DNA of 51,064 nucleotides. Source: an uncultured bacterium. GTDB taxonomy: Bacteria; CSSED10-310; CAZUFC01. The notes beneath the pieces were generated by a model. It was not told the DNA's origin, searched no databases, and saw only the letters and a list, made by a program, of their open reading frames with translations. The stretch is from assembly GCA_964619725.1 (NCBI GenBank), contig CAZUFC010000030.1:19804-70867 (forward strand), given 5' to 3'. The stretch's first letter is position 1. Each line of letters starts with the position of its first letter. Made by a program: the position numbers and the translations under genes. Below, piece by piece: positions 8,161 to 22,617 of the stretch.

Positions 8161-8817
8161 ATGACTGAAGAAACAATCAAAAAAAACGTGGTAGACCAGT
8201 TGTACTGGGATACCAGAGTTGACGCTTCCAACGTCAAGGTGGAAGTTGACGATGGTAAGGTGAGACTGGAAGGAGCCGTTCCCACGTATAACTCCAGGCT
8301 GGCCGCCGGTCTGGACGCTGCGATGACGGCAGGAATCGCTCAGGTAGAAAATAATCTGAAGGTAAATTTCCCGGAAACGGTCCCCGTTCCGACTGATGAA
8401 GATATTAAAACCAGCATAAGAAGCGTTCTGCGATGGCATCCGGATATAGACGATTCGGATATAAAGGTAGAAGTCAATGCCGGACTGGTAAAATTAAGCG
8501 GCAATGTCTACACATATTGGGAAAAAATGCTGGCGGAGGATTCAGCCTCAAACGTAAGAGGAGTCCTCGACGTAACGAACGAACTGGCGGTAGTGCCCTC
8601 CATAGATTTTGTAGACAAAACCATAGCCGACGATATCATTTCCGCCTTTGAAAGAAACATCCACGTCAATCCGGAAAATATCGACGTCTCCGTATTGAAC
8701 GGCAAAGTGACCCTATCAGGCACAGTACCCAACAGAACGGCATACGATGCGGCCATGAACATAGCCCGATACACGGCCGGCGTTATAGATGTGACTGATG
8801 ATCTGTTGATTTCCTGA
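8161..8817 (+). CDS. BON-domain protein with three BON domains, paralog 2.
   Basis: The 218-aa ORF shows strong colinear similarity to the ORF at 4746-5402. An aaaggag SD precedes the ATG. Confidence 0.9.
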   Translation: MTEETIKKNVVDQLYWDTRVDASNVKVEVDDGKVRLEGAVPTYNSRLAAGLDAAMTAGIAQVENNLKVNFPETVPVPTDEDIKTSIRSVLRWHPDIDDSDIKVEVNAGLVKLSGNVYTYWEKMLAEDSASNVRGVLDVTNELAVVPSIDFVDKTIADDIISAFERNIHVNPENIDVSVLNGKVTLSGTVPNRTAYDAAMNIARYTAGVIDVTDDLLIS

Positions 8818-8894
8818 CCTCACTCGCCTGCCGTCTCTTCTCATCAATAAACCAGAGGAAATATGCATCTATTCCCAATTGCCGACGATTGCAA

Positions 8895-9050
8895 GGTTGC
8901 ATTCATTGATCATTGACCATTGGCGATTGAACATTGGCCATTAGATCGTTTATCTGCTCAATCACATTCGGCTCGTCAGAATCGTCAATCGTCAATGGCC
9001 AATTAGCGCAAGCCGAAAAGCGTCGGCCATTGAACATTGGTTAACCGCAC
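8895..9050. repeat. Repeat family D copy 2.
   Basis: The tract reads cattgatcattgaccattggcgattgaacattggccattag ... aatcgtcaatcgtcaatggccaattag ... ggccattgaacattggttaacc. Confidence 0.6.
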
Positions 9051-9088
9051 TTGATGCAAAAGTAACCCCAAAGATTACCCAATCTTTC

Positions 9089-9337
9089 TCCCCCTCTCCA
9101 GCAATGGAATACGTATTAGGATAAGCTTTACTTCATTACTTCTAAATATGCTGGCTGATGAATCGTTGTCGTTGTCGGAGTATCGTGCGCAATGAATTTT
9201 AAACCCAATTTCACATGAATGAGCTTCGAGTTTAAATTCGACAGCGACAACGAATACATTTTTAACGTTTTTTGCTTTAAGAACAATGATTGGTTCCTGT
9301 TATCCTAATGCCAAAGCCAGCAATGGAGAGGGGGCCG
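9089..9337. repeat. Nested palindromic element with outer 36-bp inverted repeats and an inner 16-bp inverted repeat.
   Basis: The outer arm at 9089-9126 is tccccctctccagcaatggaatacgtattaggataagc and the outer arm at 9298-9337 is ctgttatcctaatgccaaagccagcaatggagagggggcc. The inner arms are 9163-9178 tcgttgtcgttgtcgg and 9239-9254 tcgacagcgacaacga. Confidence 0.6.
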
Positions 9338-9347
9338 GGGGGTGAGG

Positions 9348-13125
<3,778 letters not shown>

Positions 13126-13159
13126 GATTCCTCTCCTAAAATAAACGTTTCAGGCAACA

Positions 13160-13197
13160 AACAAAGGGCGCTGACAGAAAAGCGCCTCCGGCTTCCA
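13160..13197 (-). terminator. Candidate intrinsic terminator downstream of atpG.
   Basis: The minus strand reads aggcgcttttctgtcagcgccctttgtttgtt. That is a 5-6 bp GC stem followed by a T-rich tract. The stem is short. Confidence 0.35.
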
Positions 13198-13236
13198 TCC
13201 TCAGATCGGCATTCAGAATCTTCTCCCAATCCCCAA

Positions 13237-14136
13237 TCACTCCGCTCCTCCCTGACTCTCCGTCAAAGCTTCAAAACCGGATACTATATCCAGCAGTTCA
13301 GCGGTTATGGAAGACTGGCGGCGGCGATGATACAGCTTGTTCAATTCCTCCAGCCGGTCATTGATGTTCCTCTCAGCAGCCTGCATGGAAGAAAGCCTGG
13401 CCGCATTCTCCGCGGTCAGTGATTCACTTATCGTCTTGAATAATGTAACGAAAAAATATTCTCTGAGCAAAGCGCGGAAAAGCTGATGCCAATCCATCGT
13501 ATAATCGGGCAGCGTATTTGATTTCCATTCTTTACTTTCCAGCCCTTCCAGCATGCGTTGGTTCAAAGGAAGCAGAAAAGAGATAGCAGGCTCATAGGAA
13601 GCTCCTGGAACCGGTTTATTGTGAAAAAGTATAATCCTGTCCGCCTTATCGAACAAACGCATTTCCTCCATTTCTATGATCAGGCGCCTTAATTTGTCGG
13701 AAAGGTCGGCCAGGGTTCCCGATACGGTGAACTGCTTCTCTGTTTTCAACCCTTCATCTTCCAGCGAACCGGTCACGCGCTCGCCTAATGAGAAGATATG
13801 CACTTTTTCCGGTTGCGCCGACAGTTTTCCTATATTTTCAACTGCGTAGGAGGCGATTTTTTCATTGAATTTGCCGCACATGCCCTGTTCGGAGCCGAAA
13901 ACGACCGCTGCCTCTGTTTTATCGCTCTTCTGTTCATAGAATTTAAAATCCCGGGGTTTGTTTCTCATCAGTATCTGGAACCCCATTTCCACCGTATGGT
14001 AGTAATGATTGAGCGATTCGGCGGCCTTTTCATATCTTGTTATACTGACTGCAGCCAGCGATTTCATTGTTTTTACTACTGAACGGAGTTCTTTGGCGCT
14101 GTTTATTTTGTCTCTTAATTCGTCAAGCTGTTCCAT
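13237..14136 (-). CDS. atpG: N-ATPase (F-type) gamma subunit.
   Basis: The 299-aa ORF is the last gene of the atpDCQRBEFAG cluster. Its C-terminus is typical of a gamma subunit (...AELLDIVSGFEAL). Confidence 0.85.
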   Translation of the reverse strand: MEQLDELRDKINSAKELRSVVKTMKSLAAVSITRYEKAAESLNHYYHTVEMGFQILMRNKPRDFKFYEQKSDKTEAAVVFGSEQGMCGKFNEKIASYAVENIGKLSAQPEKVHIFSLGERVTGSLEDEGLKTEKQFTVSGTLADLSDKLRRLIIEMEEMRLFDKADRIILFHNKPVPGASYEPAISFLLPLNQRMLEGLESKEWKSNTLPDYTMDWHQLFRALLREYFFVTLFKTISESLTAENAARLSSMQAAERNINDRLEELNKLYHRRRQSSITAELLDIVSGFEALTESQGGAE

Positions 14137-14139
14137 AGT

Positions 14140-15711
14140 TCAATTATCTTCTGAATTCCTGCCGGTCATCTGCTCAGCAAATTTTGTCAGTGAATTAATA
14201 TCTTCATCATTCAGGGTTTCGCCTTTTTTGATTTTTCTGCAGATATCGGGACGCTCTTCACTGACGTTCTTTCTGATTTTTTCTTCAGCGTCATAGATTT
14301 CATCCAGTTCCAGCGGGTCAAATACGCCTTGATTGACGGCCGTTATGACGGCTATCTGTTCTGGAACCGTCATGGGATCGAATTCCTTCTGTTTAAGGAT
14401 TTCTCTGACTCGTCTGCCCCTGGCCAGGGTCTTCCGGGTTTCATCATCGAGCCTTGTGCCGAACCTGGCGAAGGATTCGAGTTCTTCAAACTGTGAATAG
14501 GAAAGCCTCAGATCGCCTGCCACGCCGCGATAGGCAGGAAGCTGCGTTTTTCCTCCCACGCGTGAAACCGATCTTCCGACCTCAACAGCCGGCATTCTGC
14601 CTTCCTCGAATAATTTAGGCGAAAGATAAATCTGTCCGTCCGTTATTGATATAAGATTAGTCGGAATATAGGCGGATAAGTTTTCTGCCTGAGTTTCTAT
14701 AATGGGCAAAGCAGTCAACGAACCTCCGCCGTATTCTTCTTTCAGATGAGTGGAACGTTCCAGGAGTCGTGAATGAATATAAAAAATATCGCCCGGATAA
14801 GCTTCCCTGGCCGGCGGACGGCGCAACAGCAGCGAAGCTTCGCGATAAGCCCGGGCATGCCGCGTCAGATCGTCGTAAATCACCAGGGCATCTTTTCCCT
14901 GGTCCATAAAATACTCGCCTATGGTTGTAGCGGCATAAGGAGCCGCAAAGTTCAATCCCGGCGAATCTTCGCCTGTCGCAACCACTACGGCGCTATATTC
15001 CATGGCGCCTCTTTCCTCCAAATCATCAATGACTTTGGCTACGGCTGACGCCCGCTGTCCTATCGCACAATATATGCAGATCACACCCCTCTCTTTCTGG
15101 TTGACGATGGTATCCAGAGCTATTGCCGTCTTGCCTGTCTGACGGTCTCCCAGTATCAGCTCACGCTGGCCTCTTCCCACCGGAATCAGAGCATCCACGA
15201 CTAAAAGGCCGGTCTGCAGAGGAACGCTTACCGGAGCCCGGTCCATTATCGCCGGCGCTTCCTTTTCGGACGGTTTTCTCGTTTCAGCTTTTACCGGTCC
15301 TTTTCCGTCCCGGGGACGCCCCAGCGGATCAATGACCCGGCCCATCAAACCTTCTCCTACCGGTACGTCGAGTATCCTTCCCGTGCGATATACCGGACCG
15401 CCGGCCCTTATGTTCTCGCTTTCATCGAGCAATACGACCGCTATCCTGTCACGGTCAAGATTGAACGCTATTCCCGCCTTATTTCCGGTGAATTCCACGA
15501 TCTCTTCGTAACTGACATTCGGCAATCCCTTCGCCCACACTATGCTGCCGCTTATCGACGTTATTCGGCCTATCTCTTTTTTATGTATACTATATTCATA
15601 CTCCTTCGCTGCCGATGCTACAATTCCGAACGTTTCCTTCAATAATTCGTCAAGTTCCCGTGTGCCGTTTTGATCAATCATTTTATTTACCCGCAACATC
15701 CTGCCGTTCAT
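14140..15711 (-). CDS. atpA: N-ATPase alpha subunit.
   Basis: The 523-aa ORF has the Walker A motif GDRQTGKT and the alpha signature ...DDLT/SKQA. It overlaps atpF by 4 nt. Confidence 0.95.
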   Translation of the reverse strand: MNGRMLRVNKMIDQNGTRELDELLKETFGIVASAAKEYEYSIHKKEIGRITSISGSIVWAKGLPNVSYEEIVEFTGNKAGIAFNLDRDRIAVVLLDESENIRAGGPVYRTGRILDVPVGEGLMGRVIDPLGRPRDGKGPVKAETRKPSEKEAPAIMDRAPVSVPLQTGLLVVDALIPVGRGQRELILGDRQTGKTAIALDTIVNQKERGVICIYCAIGQRASAVAKVIDDLEERGAMEYSAVVVATGEDSPGLNFAAPYAATTIGEYFMDQGKDALVIYDDLTRHARAYREASLLLRRPPAREAYPGDIFYIHSRLLERSTHLKEEYGGGSLTALPIIETQAENLSAYIPTNLISITDGQIYLSPKLFEEGRMPAVEVGRSVSRVGGKTQLPAYRGVAGDLRLSYSQFEELESFARFGTRLDDETRKTLARGRRVREILKQKEFDPMTVPEQIAVITAVNQGVFDPLELDEIYDAEEKIRKNVSEERPDICRKIKKGETLNDEDINSLTKFAEQMTGRNSEDN

Positions 15712-16463
15712 AGTTTCTCGAATGTCTTGACCGTCTTCTGTTCAAGATCATCCAGGTAATCCTTTAAATTCCATTCATACTTTTTCTCGCCGATTATCAT
15801 CTCAATCCCGCCTACTAAATCCTCCGAAGTCTCAAACTCCAAAAAAACATCAGATGAAAACCTCTCCCGCATATTCTGTCTTACCTCTTCCTTAGCATCC
15901 TCCGACAGCTCGGAACCGCTGATTATCTTTATCTCACGATCGCTGCCCTTTATTTCCCCAATATCTGCTGCAGACTCTTCTTCAGAACTCTCCAGACGGC
16001 CGAACAACTTGCGCACAATCAGACTCTCCAATCTCGAATCGGAAAGCTCCTTCAACGCACGCCCCGAAATGTCGAATACGCCTTCAGCCGCACGAATTCG
16101 CAGCTCATGTAAAAATTCGCTTTTCTGTTTCCGTATGCCTTCCCACATTTTCTCCCTGTTTGCCTCCGCATCCTGCCGCGCTTCTTCCAGCAATCGCTTC
16201 CGCTTTTCTTCCGCTTCCTTTTCCGCTTTTTTCGTCAATTCCTCGCTTTTCGACTCCAATTCCTCTTTCTTTTCCAGGTATTCTTTTTCCGCTTGCTCGG
16301 CTTTTCGCCGCTTTTCTTCAGCCTCTTCAATTTCAGACCTGATCTTTTTCGCCCGGCGGTCCATCACCTCAATGATCCGCTTATACAGAAAATGACGCAA
16401 CAGAAGGATCAGGATTATGAAATTTATGATCTGAGCTATTATGGTGAATAAATCCAGATTCAT
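15708..16463 (-). CDS. atpF: N-ATPase b subunit. It is long and highly charged, and there is no separate delta gene.
   Basis: The 251-aa ORF has an N-terminal TM helix followed by an extended E/K/R-rich helix. No atpH is present in the operon. Confidence 0.8.
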   Translation of the reverse strand: MNLDLFTIIAQIINFIILILLLRHFLYKRIIEVMDRRAKKIRSEIEEAEEKRRKAEQAEKEYLEKKEELESKSEELTKKAEKEAEEKRKRLLEEARQDAEANREKMWEGIRKQKSEFLHELRIRAAEGVFDISGRALKELSDSRLESLIVRKLFGRLESSEEESAADIGEIKGSDREIKIISGSELSEDAKEEVRQNMRERFSSDVFLEFETSEDLVGGIEMIIGEKKYEWNLKDYLDDLEQKTVKTFEKL

Positions 16464-16476
16464 TTTAACGCTTCCT

Positions 16477-16746
16477 TCATTGCTGAGTTACATAATTCCA
16501 GAAGGGATTGGCGAAAATGAGTATGATGGCGATTACAAAACAATAGATGGCGGTTGATTCGATCATTGCCAGTCCCACAAACAACGTTCTGGTTATGGTG
16601 TTGGACGCATCGGGCTGCTGCGCTACTGAACGGAGCGCCTGAGCCAGAGCGATCGCCTCGCCTATAGCCGGGCCTATGCTCCCTATCGCTATAGTCAATC
16701 CCGAAATAATAACAGATGCCATGCCGATCACAGTCGCATTATCCAT
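16477..16746 (-). CDS. atpE: N-ATPase c subunit (proteolipid) carrying a complete Na+-binding ligand set.
   Basis: Helix 2 reads LAMIESTAIYCFVIAIILIFANPF, with the E-S-T..Y pattern seen in Ilyobacter tartaricus c. Helix 1 carries an extra Glu (SIGPAIGEAIALAQ) where I. tartaricus has Gln32. I chose the Met start at 16746, which overlaps atpB by 8 nt. Confidence 0.9.
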   Translation of the reverse strand: MDNATVIGMASVIISGLTIAIGSIGPAIGEAIALAQALRSVAQQPDASNTITRTLFVGLAMIESTAIYCFVIAIILIFANPFWNYVTQQ

Positions 16747-17461
16747 TGGATTCTTCTCCTTTCTGTTCATTTTTGGATTCTTTATTCTCTTCTTCTCTGC
16801 GGACTCTGGTGGCGGAAGCGATGTAGACTGCCGCCAGAACGGCGAATATGTAAGCCTGTATCTGTCCTATGATCAGGTCCAGAGCCTGCAGAAGTATTGG
16901 AAAAATTAAAGGCGCTATGCTCACTAATACCGCTACGATAAGGGTCCCGCTCATTACATTCCCGAATAAACGGACTGCCAGCGCCAGAGTCCGGGACAAT
17001 TCTCCGATTATGTTGAATGGAAGCATCAGCATGGTCGGCCTGATGTAAAGCTTTAAATAATTCTTTATTCCCTGCTGCCCTATTCCATAAATCGGTACCG
17101 CAAAAAATACGCATAAAGCCAATGCCGCCGTCGTGTTGATTGAACCCGTCGGCGGTTGATATCCAGGTACGAAACTCAGTAAATTCGATATCGATATATA
17201 CAAAAATAAAGTCCCTAAAAAGGGTAAAAAGGGCATCGGGTTCTGTTCCACAATGTCCTCTATCTGGTCCCGTATAAAACTGACCAGCGATTCCAGAAAA
17301 TGCTGCTTCCGCGATATCTCCGGCTCCACCGATAAATTCCGGGTCGCCAACCAGGCCGAAATCACCAGCGCCGCCATGACCGCCCACGTATATACTATCG
17401 TAGCGCTTAAAGTTATGAATTTCCATTGAAAATATACTATTTCATCAGGAGTTATATTCAT
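16739..17461 (-). CDS. atpB: N-ATPase a subunit.
   Basis: The 240-aa polytopic membrane protein has the conserved a-subunit Arg region (LALAVRLFGNVMSG). Confidence 0.9.
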   Translation of the reverse strand: MNITPDEIVYFQWKFITLSATIVYTWAVMAALVISAWLATRNLSVEPEISRKQHFLESLVSFIRDQIEDIVEQNPMPFLPFLGTLFLYISISNLLSFVPGYQPPTGSINTTAALALCVFFAVPIYGIGQQGIKNYLKLYIRPTMLMLPFNIIGELSRTLALAVRLFGNVMSGTLIVAVLVSIAPLIFPILLQALDLIIGQIQAYIFAVLAAVYIASATRVRREEENKESKNEQKGEESNG

Positions 17462-17462
17462 A

Positions 17463-17774
17463 TCATACTTCCTTCTCCGTCAATTTTCGCATGACAGGCG
17501 GCGGCGAACTCTTTCTGAAGGTCATGACGATCTTTATCACGATAAATCCTCCCAAACAGATCAATAATGGCCGCAATCCCCCCAGGACCGCTGAGAGATA
17601 AAAAACGGCCAGGGCCGTCGCCGTCCTCAGGAAATAACCTGAAATCAAGACTAAATAGGGCTTCTTCAATTCTTTGAAACGACTTATGATCATCCAGAGC
17701 GTTCCGAAATAGAATAAACCTGTTAATAAGCCTGCAATAAAATACATAGAATATTGCAAGTAGATGCTATTCAT
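17463..17774 (-). CDS. atpR: N-ATPase-associated small membrane protein (AtpR-like).
   Basis: The 103-aa ORF has 3 predicted TM helices. Its position immediately upstream of atpB is as expected in N-ATPase operons. It overlaps the antiporter gene by 8 nt. Confidence 0.6.
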   Translation of the reverse strand: MNSIYLQYSMYFIAGLLTGLFYFGTLWMIISRFKELKKPYLVLISGYFLRTATALAVFYLSAVLGGLRPLLICLGGFIVIKIVMTFRKSSPPPVMRKLTEKEV

Positions 17775-19002
17775 TTTGTGCCTCCAGGAAATCAGACCAT
17801 TTATTTAAAAAAAAGCGAACGATAAAAGGCGAAAGCAGGCATGTCAGGGCTGAGACTATGACCATGCCGCCGAAAAGCCTGGGGGGCACGGCCCAATCGC
17901 CCAGTTTTTTTCCATGCTGCATAATGATCATGGCTATTTCAGCCCTGGGGACCATGCTGAATCCGATCAGAACGGCGGCTTTTCGATCTGTAACGAGATA
18001 AGCGAAAATACTTCCTCCTGCTATTTTTCCTATAAAAGCAGCGACGGTAAGGAGCAAACCGACAGCGGCGGCCGCGCCGAGTCCCTCCGGTACGAGGTGT
18101 AATCCTATACCGATAAAGAAAAAAGGTGAAAAAAGCTCATATAAGGGCCTGAATGAACCGGTGATTTTAACTGATTCCGGATCACGGCTGAATGCCAAAC
18201 CGGCAAAAAAGGCCCCTATCGCCACCGAAAAACCCAATAAACCCGCTATGGCGGCGATGATGATGCCTGTTCCCGCTATCAGCAGCATGGGGTCGGGCGG
18301 AGCCTCGATTCTTCTGAAGTATCGGGTGAGCTTTCCTTCCATTTTAATTGAAAATAAATAACAGAGGGCGCCGAATATAAGAAGCTTTAATATAATCAGT
18401 CCTATGGATTTGGACAACAGCACAACCAGTCCGATACCGCTTTCCTGATTCAATACCGGAACTGCAGCGAAAAGAAGGACCATAAAAATGATGCCTAAAA
18501 TATCATCCAGTTCGGCTGTATCGAGTAATAACTCACCGGTGGGCGTTTTCAGTTTTCCCGCTTCTTTCCATATTTGAACCGTTATGCCGACGCTGGTTGC
18601 AACCAGGGCCGCAGCGACGAAAAGAGATGGAATGGTAGAAAAACCGCAAATATGCCGGGCTGTTACATATCCGACGACTGCGGGTATCAGCGTGTTGCCC
18701 GTGCATATGAATCCGGCTCGTTTTATCTGGCTCAGCAGCTCTGAAATATTGCCTTCCAGCCCAATGTGAAACAGAAGAACGATAACGCCCATTTTAGCTA
18801 AAAACTCAAATATTTCTTCTCCTGCAGCAGAAAGAAACCCCAGTTGGTGATCGGCCAGTCGAAGGAGAAAACCGATGAGGATATAACCGACCAGGGAAGG
18901 GACGCTGATGCGCTCAAGTAAAGATTTGAAAAGGATAGCCAATACGATCAGCGTTCCGACCAGCGTTATCATTATGATGACTTCACCGCCGGCATCAATC
19001 AT
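17767..19002 (-). CDS. Cation:proton antiporter of the Na+/H+ exchanger family (CPA1/CPA2 superfamily), embedded in the N-ATPase operon.
   Basis: The 411-aa ORF has about 11-12 predicted TM helices and a typical Na_H_exchanger fold pattern. Its start overlaps the atpQ stop by 8 nt and its stop overlaps the atpR start by 8 nt. Confidence 0.8.
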   Translation of the reverse strand: MIDAGGEVIIMITLVGTLIVLAILFKSLLERISVPSLVGYILIGFLLRLADHQLGFLSAAGEEIFEFLAKMGVIVLLFHIGLEGNISELLSQIKRAGFICTGNTLIPAVVGYVTARHICGFSTIPSLFVAAALVATSVGITVQIWKEAGKLKTPTGELLLDTAELDDILGIIFMVLLFAAVPVLNQESGIGLVVLLSKSIGLIILKLLIFGALCYLFSIKMEGKLTRYFRRIEAPPDPMLLIAGTGIIIAAIAGLLGFSVAIGAFFAGLAFSRDPESVKITGSFRPLYELFSPFFFIGIGLHLVPEGLGAAAAVGLLLTVAAFIGKIAGGSIFAYLVTDRKAAVLIGFSMVPRAEIAMIIMQHGKKLGDWAVPPRLFGGMVIVSALTCLLSPFIVRFFLNKWSDFLEAQNE

Positions 19003-19303
19003 GTCGACTCTCCCTTTTAACCCAGCGCCAGGCGTTTAAACAGCCCAAAGCCACTCCTATCGACAGGAAAGTCAAAGTCCAGGATACGGAACCGTCCGTT
19101 TCGGCATCGAGCCACAAACCTACGGCGAGTCCGATCAGCGTCGGTATCACGACAGACCAGCCGATTATGCCGAACATGCCCAGGCCGTACCAGAGGCTTT
19201 TTTCCTTTTCACGTCGCGCCTTTAATTTACGGCTTTCTTCCTTTCCTATTTCTTCTGAGAATTCTTCAGCGTTTCTTTGTTCGTCATTTTTTTCTTCGTT
19301 CAT
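18995..19303 (-). CDS. atpQ: N-ATPase-associated small membrane protein (AtpQ / AtpZ/AtpI-like).
   Basis: The 102-aa ORF has a charged N-terminus and two TM helices. It sits after atpC as in N-ATPase operons. Confidence 0.6.
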   Translation of the reverse strand: MNEEKNDEQRNAEEFSEEIGKEESRKLKARREKEKSLWYGLGMFGIIGWSVVIPTLIGLAVGLWLDAETDGSVSWTLTFLSIGVALGCLNAWRWVKRESRHD

Positions 19304-19306
19304 TTT

Positions 19307-21198
<1,892 letters not shown>

Positions 21199-21316
21199 TT
21201 ACAATAAGCCACGGCAAAAATATTGACTAACAGATATTACAGTCAAATTAGAAATATTTCGAATTTTATTTTGAAATTTTTCGAAATATCGCACGATCTC
21301 TGGACTGAACAGAACA

Positions 21317-21506
21317 AACCGGGCTTATACCTCCTTCAGAACTCATGACAGTTTGTTTCAGTAATCGGGGTCGGGATCGGGATAGCTATCGGGATCGGGG
21401 TCGCTATCGGTATCGCTATCGCTATCGGGATCGAGATAGCTATCGGTATCGGTATCGGGGTCGCTATCGAGATCGGTTTCAAAGCAAAATGATGGGAGAG
21501 TTTTTA
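21317..21506 (+). repeat. Family B MITE-like element with the longest core: L arm, about 20 (NTCGGN) hexamers, then R arm.
   Basis: The L arm ends ..cagaactcatgacagtttgtttcagtaatc. The core reads ggggtcgggatcgggatagctatcgggatcggggtcgctatcggtatcgctatcgctatcgggatcgagatagctatcggtatcggtatcggggtcgctatcgagatcgg. The R arm starts tttcaaagcaaaatgatgggagag. Confidence 0.85.
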
Positions 21507-21735
21507 TACCAGAAGAAAGCATTGACTTGAAGGCTAATCAGCGCTGCTTAATTCGCATTGACTGTAAACCAAAACAAAAGAGCGATACGAAAAAGAAAAT
21601 TCTCAATAAAATTGCCTCGCGGGCAAAAGATTTGGGGATTTCAGATTTAGCGGCTCAACATGACCACTATTTATACGGAACGGAAAAATGATGACTATTC
21701 CGATATTTCTGGATATTGGCTATATCCTCGCTTTG

Positions 21736-22617
21736 TTAAATACACATGACGAATTTAATTCTTTGAAGGTAAACTGATCGGGTTGCACACCGGATTGCAT
21801 TAATAAAGTACCTTACCGTGAATATTTTTCTGGCGTTGAGCAGAAACGTCCGATGTCCTGCATTGGGAAAGTCATCGTCCAACTTGAAATTTTCAAAAAA
21901 AGTTTTGTCGGGCAGGATATTCTCCAGTAATTTTCTCAATCCGGGTTTATCCCATTGACTATCTGCCGTATCGTAAATCTTCTTTCCTTTGATGTCGTCC
22001 GGGATTAACTGAAAAATCTTATAAAATGACCTGTTGGCGGAAAGTATATTCAAATCCTCATCCAGAATAATCAAGGGCTCCCGCACTGTATCCACTATGG
22101 ATTCAGCGTAATTCTTCGCCTGTTTTTCCCCTTCAACGGACTCCTGAAGCTCCTGCTTCTTTTCAATCTTTTCCGTAACTTCCAGGAAAGTGATCACTAC
22201 GCCGTCCATGATGTCTTCTGTCGTCAAATAGGGAGAGATTCTTATCTGATAATATTCTCCATTTATGGTTTCCACATCTTTCTTTATTGCCTGAAGCGAA
22301 TCTAGAACAAGGCGAATATCATCGTACATTTCCGGATATCTTAACTTGGTGGCGATGTGATCTACGGGACGCCCCATATCCTCTTCAATCAGTTGTATCA
22401 ATTTTTTGGCGGAATTGGAAAACTGTCTTATGCACATGTTTTTGTCCAGAATAAGAAATCCGAATTCAGGACAGTTCATGAGATTTTTAAGATCACTTTT
22501 AACGCTATCCACTTCTTCCAGCTTGTTTTCCAGTTCCGCATTAACCGTCATCAATTCCTCATTAACGCTGTGTAACTCCTCCTTCGACGTCTCAAGCTCT
22601 TCATTGGAACTCTGCAA
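21736..22617 (-). CDS. PAS-domain protein whose N-terminal coiled-coil carries an SNEELxxxxEEL signature, as found in CheR/CheB-PAS fusion linkers. It has no output domain.
   Basis: The N-terminus reads QSSNEELETSKEELHSVNEELMTVNAELENKLEEV and is followed by two PAS-like segments. The ORF-track start is a TTG directly after the stop of the receiver gene. The C-terminal roughly 30 aa look like read-through into the intergenic region. Confidence 0.55.
   Translation of the reverse strand: MQSSNEELETSKEELHSVNEELMTVNAELENKLEEVDSVKSDLKNLMNCPEFGFLILDKNMCIRQFSNSAKKLIQLIEEDMGRPVDHIATKLRYPEMYDDIRLVLDSLQAIKKDVETINGEYYQIRISPYLTTEDIMDGVVITFLEVTEKIEKKQELQESVEGEKQAKNYAESIVDTVREPLIILDEDLNILSANRSFYKIFQLIPDDIKGKKIYDTADSQWDKPGLRKLLENILPDKTFFENFKLDDDFPNAGHRTFLLNARKIFTVRYFINAIRCATRSVYLQRIKFVMCI

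Noticed and set aside
16782-17426. A 214-aa minus-strand ORF in an alternative frame across atpB.
   Set aside because: It overlaps the a-subunit gene, which has the conserved Arg region and correct operon position. The alternative frame is Gly/Arg-rich with no homology signal.
21345-21530. A 61-aa ORF encoding RD/RY dipeptide repeats (..RDRGRYRYRYRYRDRD..).
   Set aside because: It is simply the hexanucleotide microsatellite of the family B element read in frame. It has no SD, and the other copies do not conserve an ORF.
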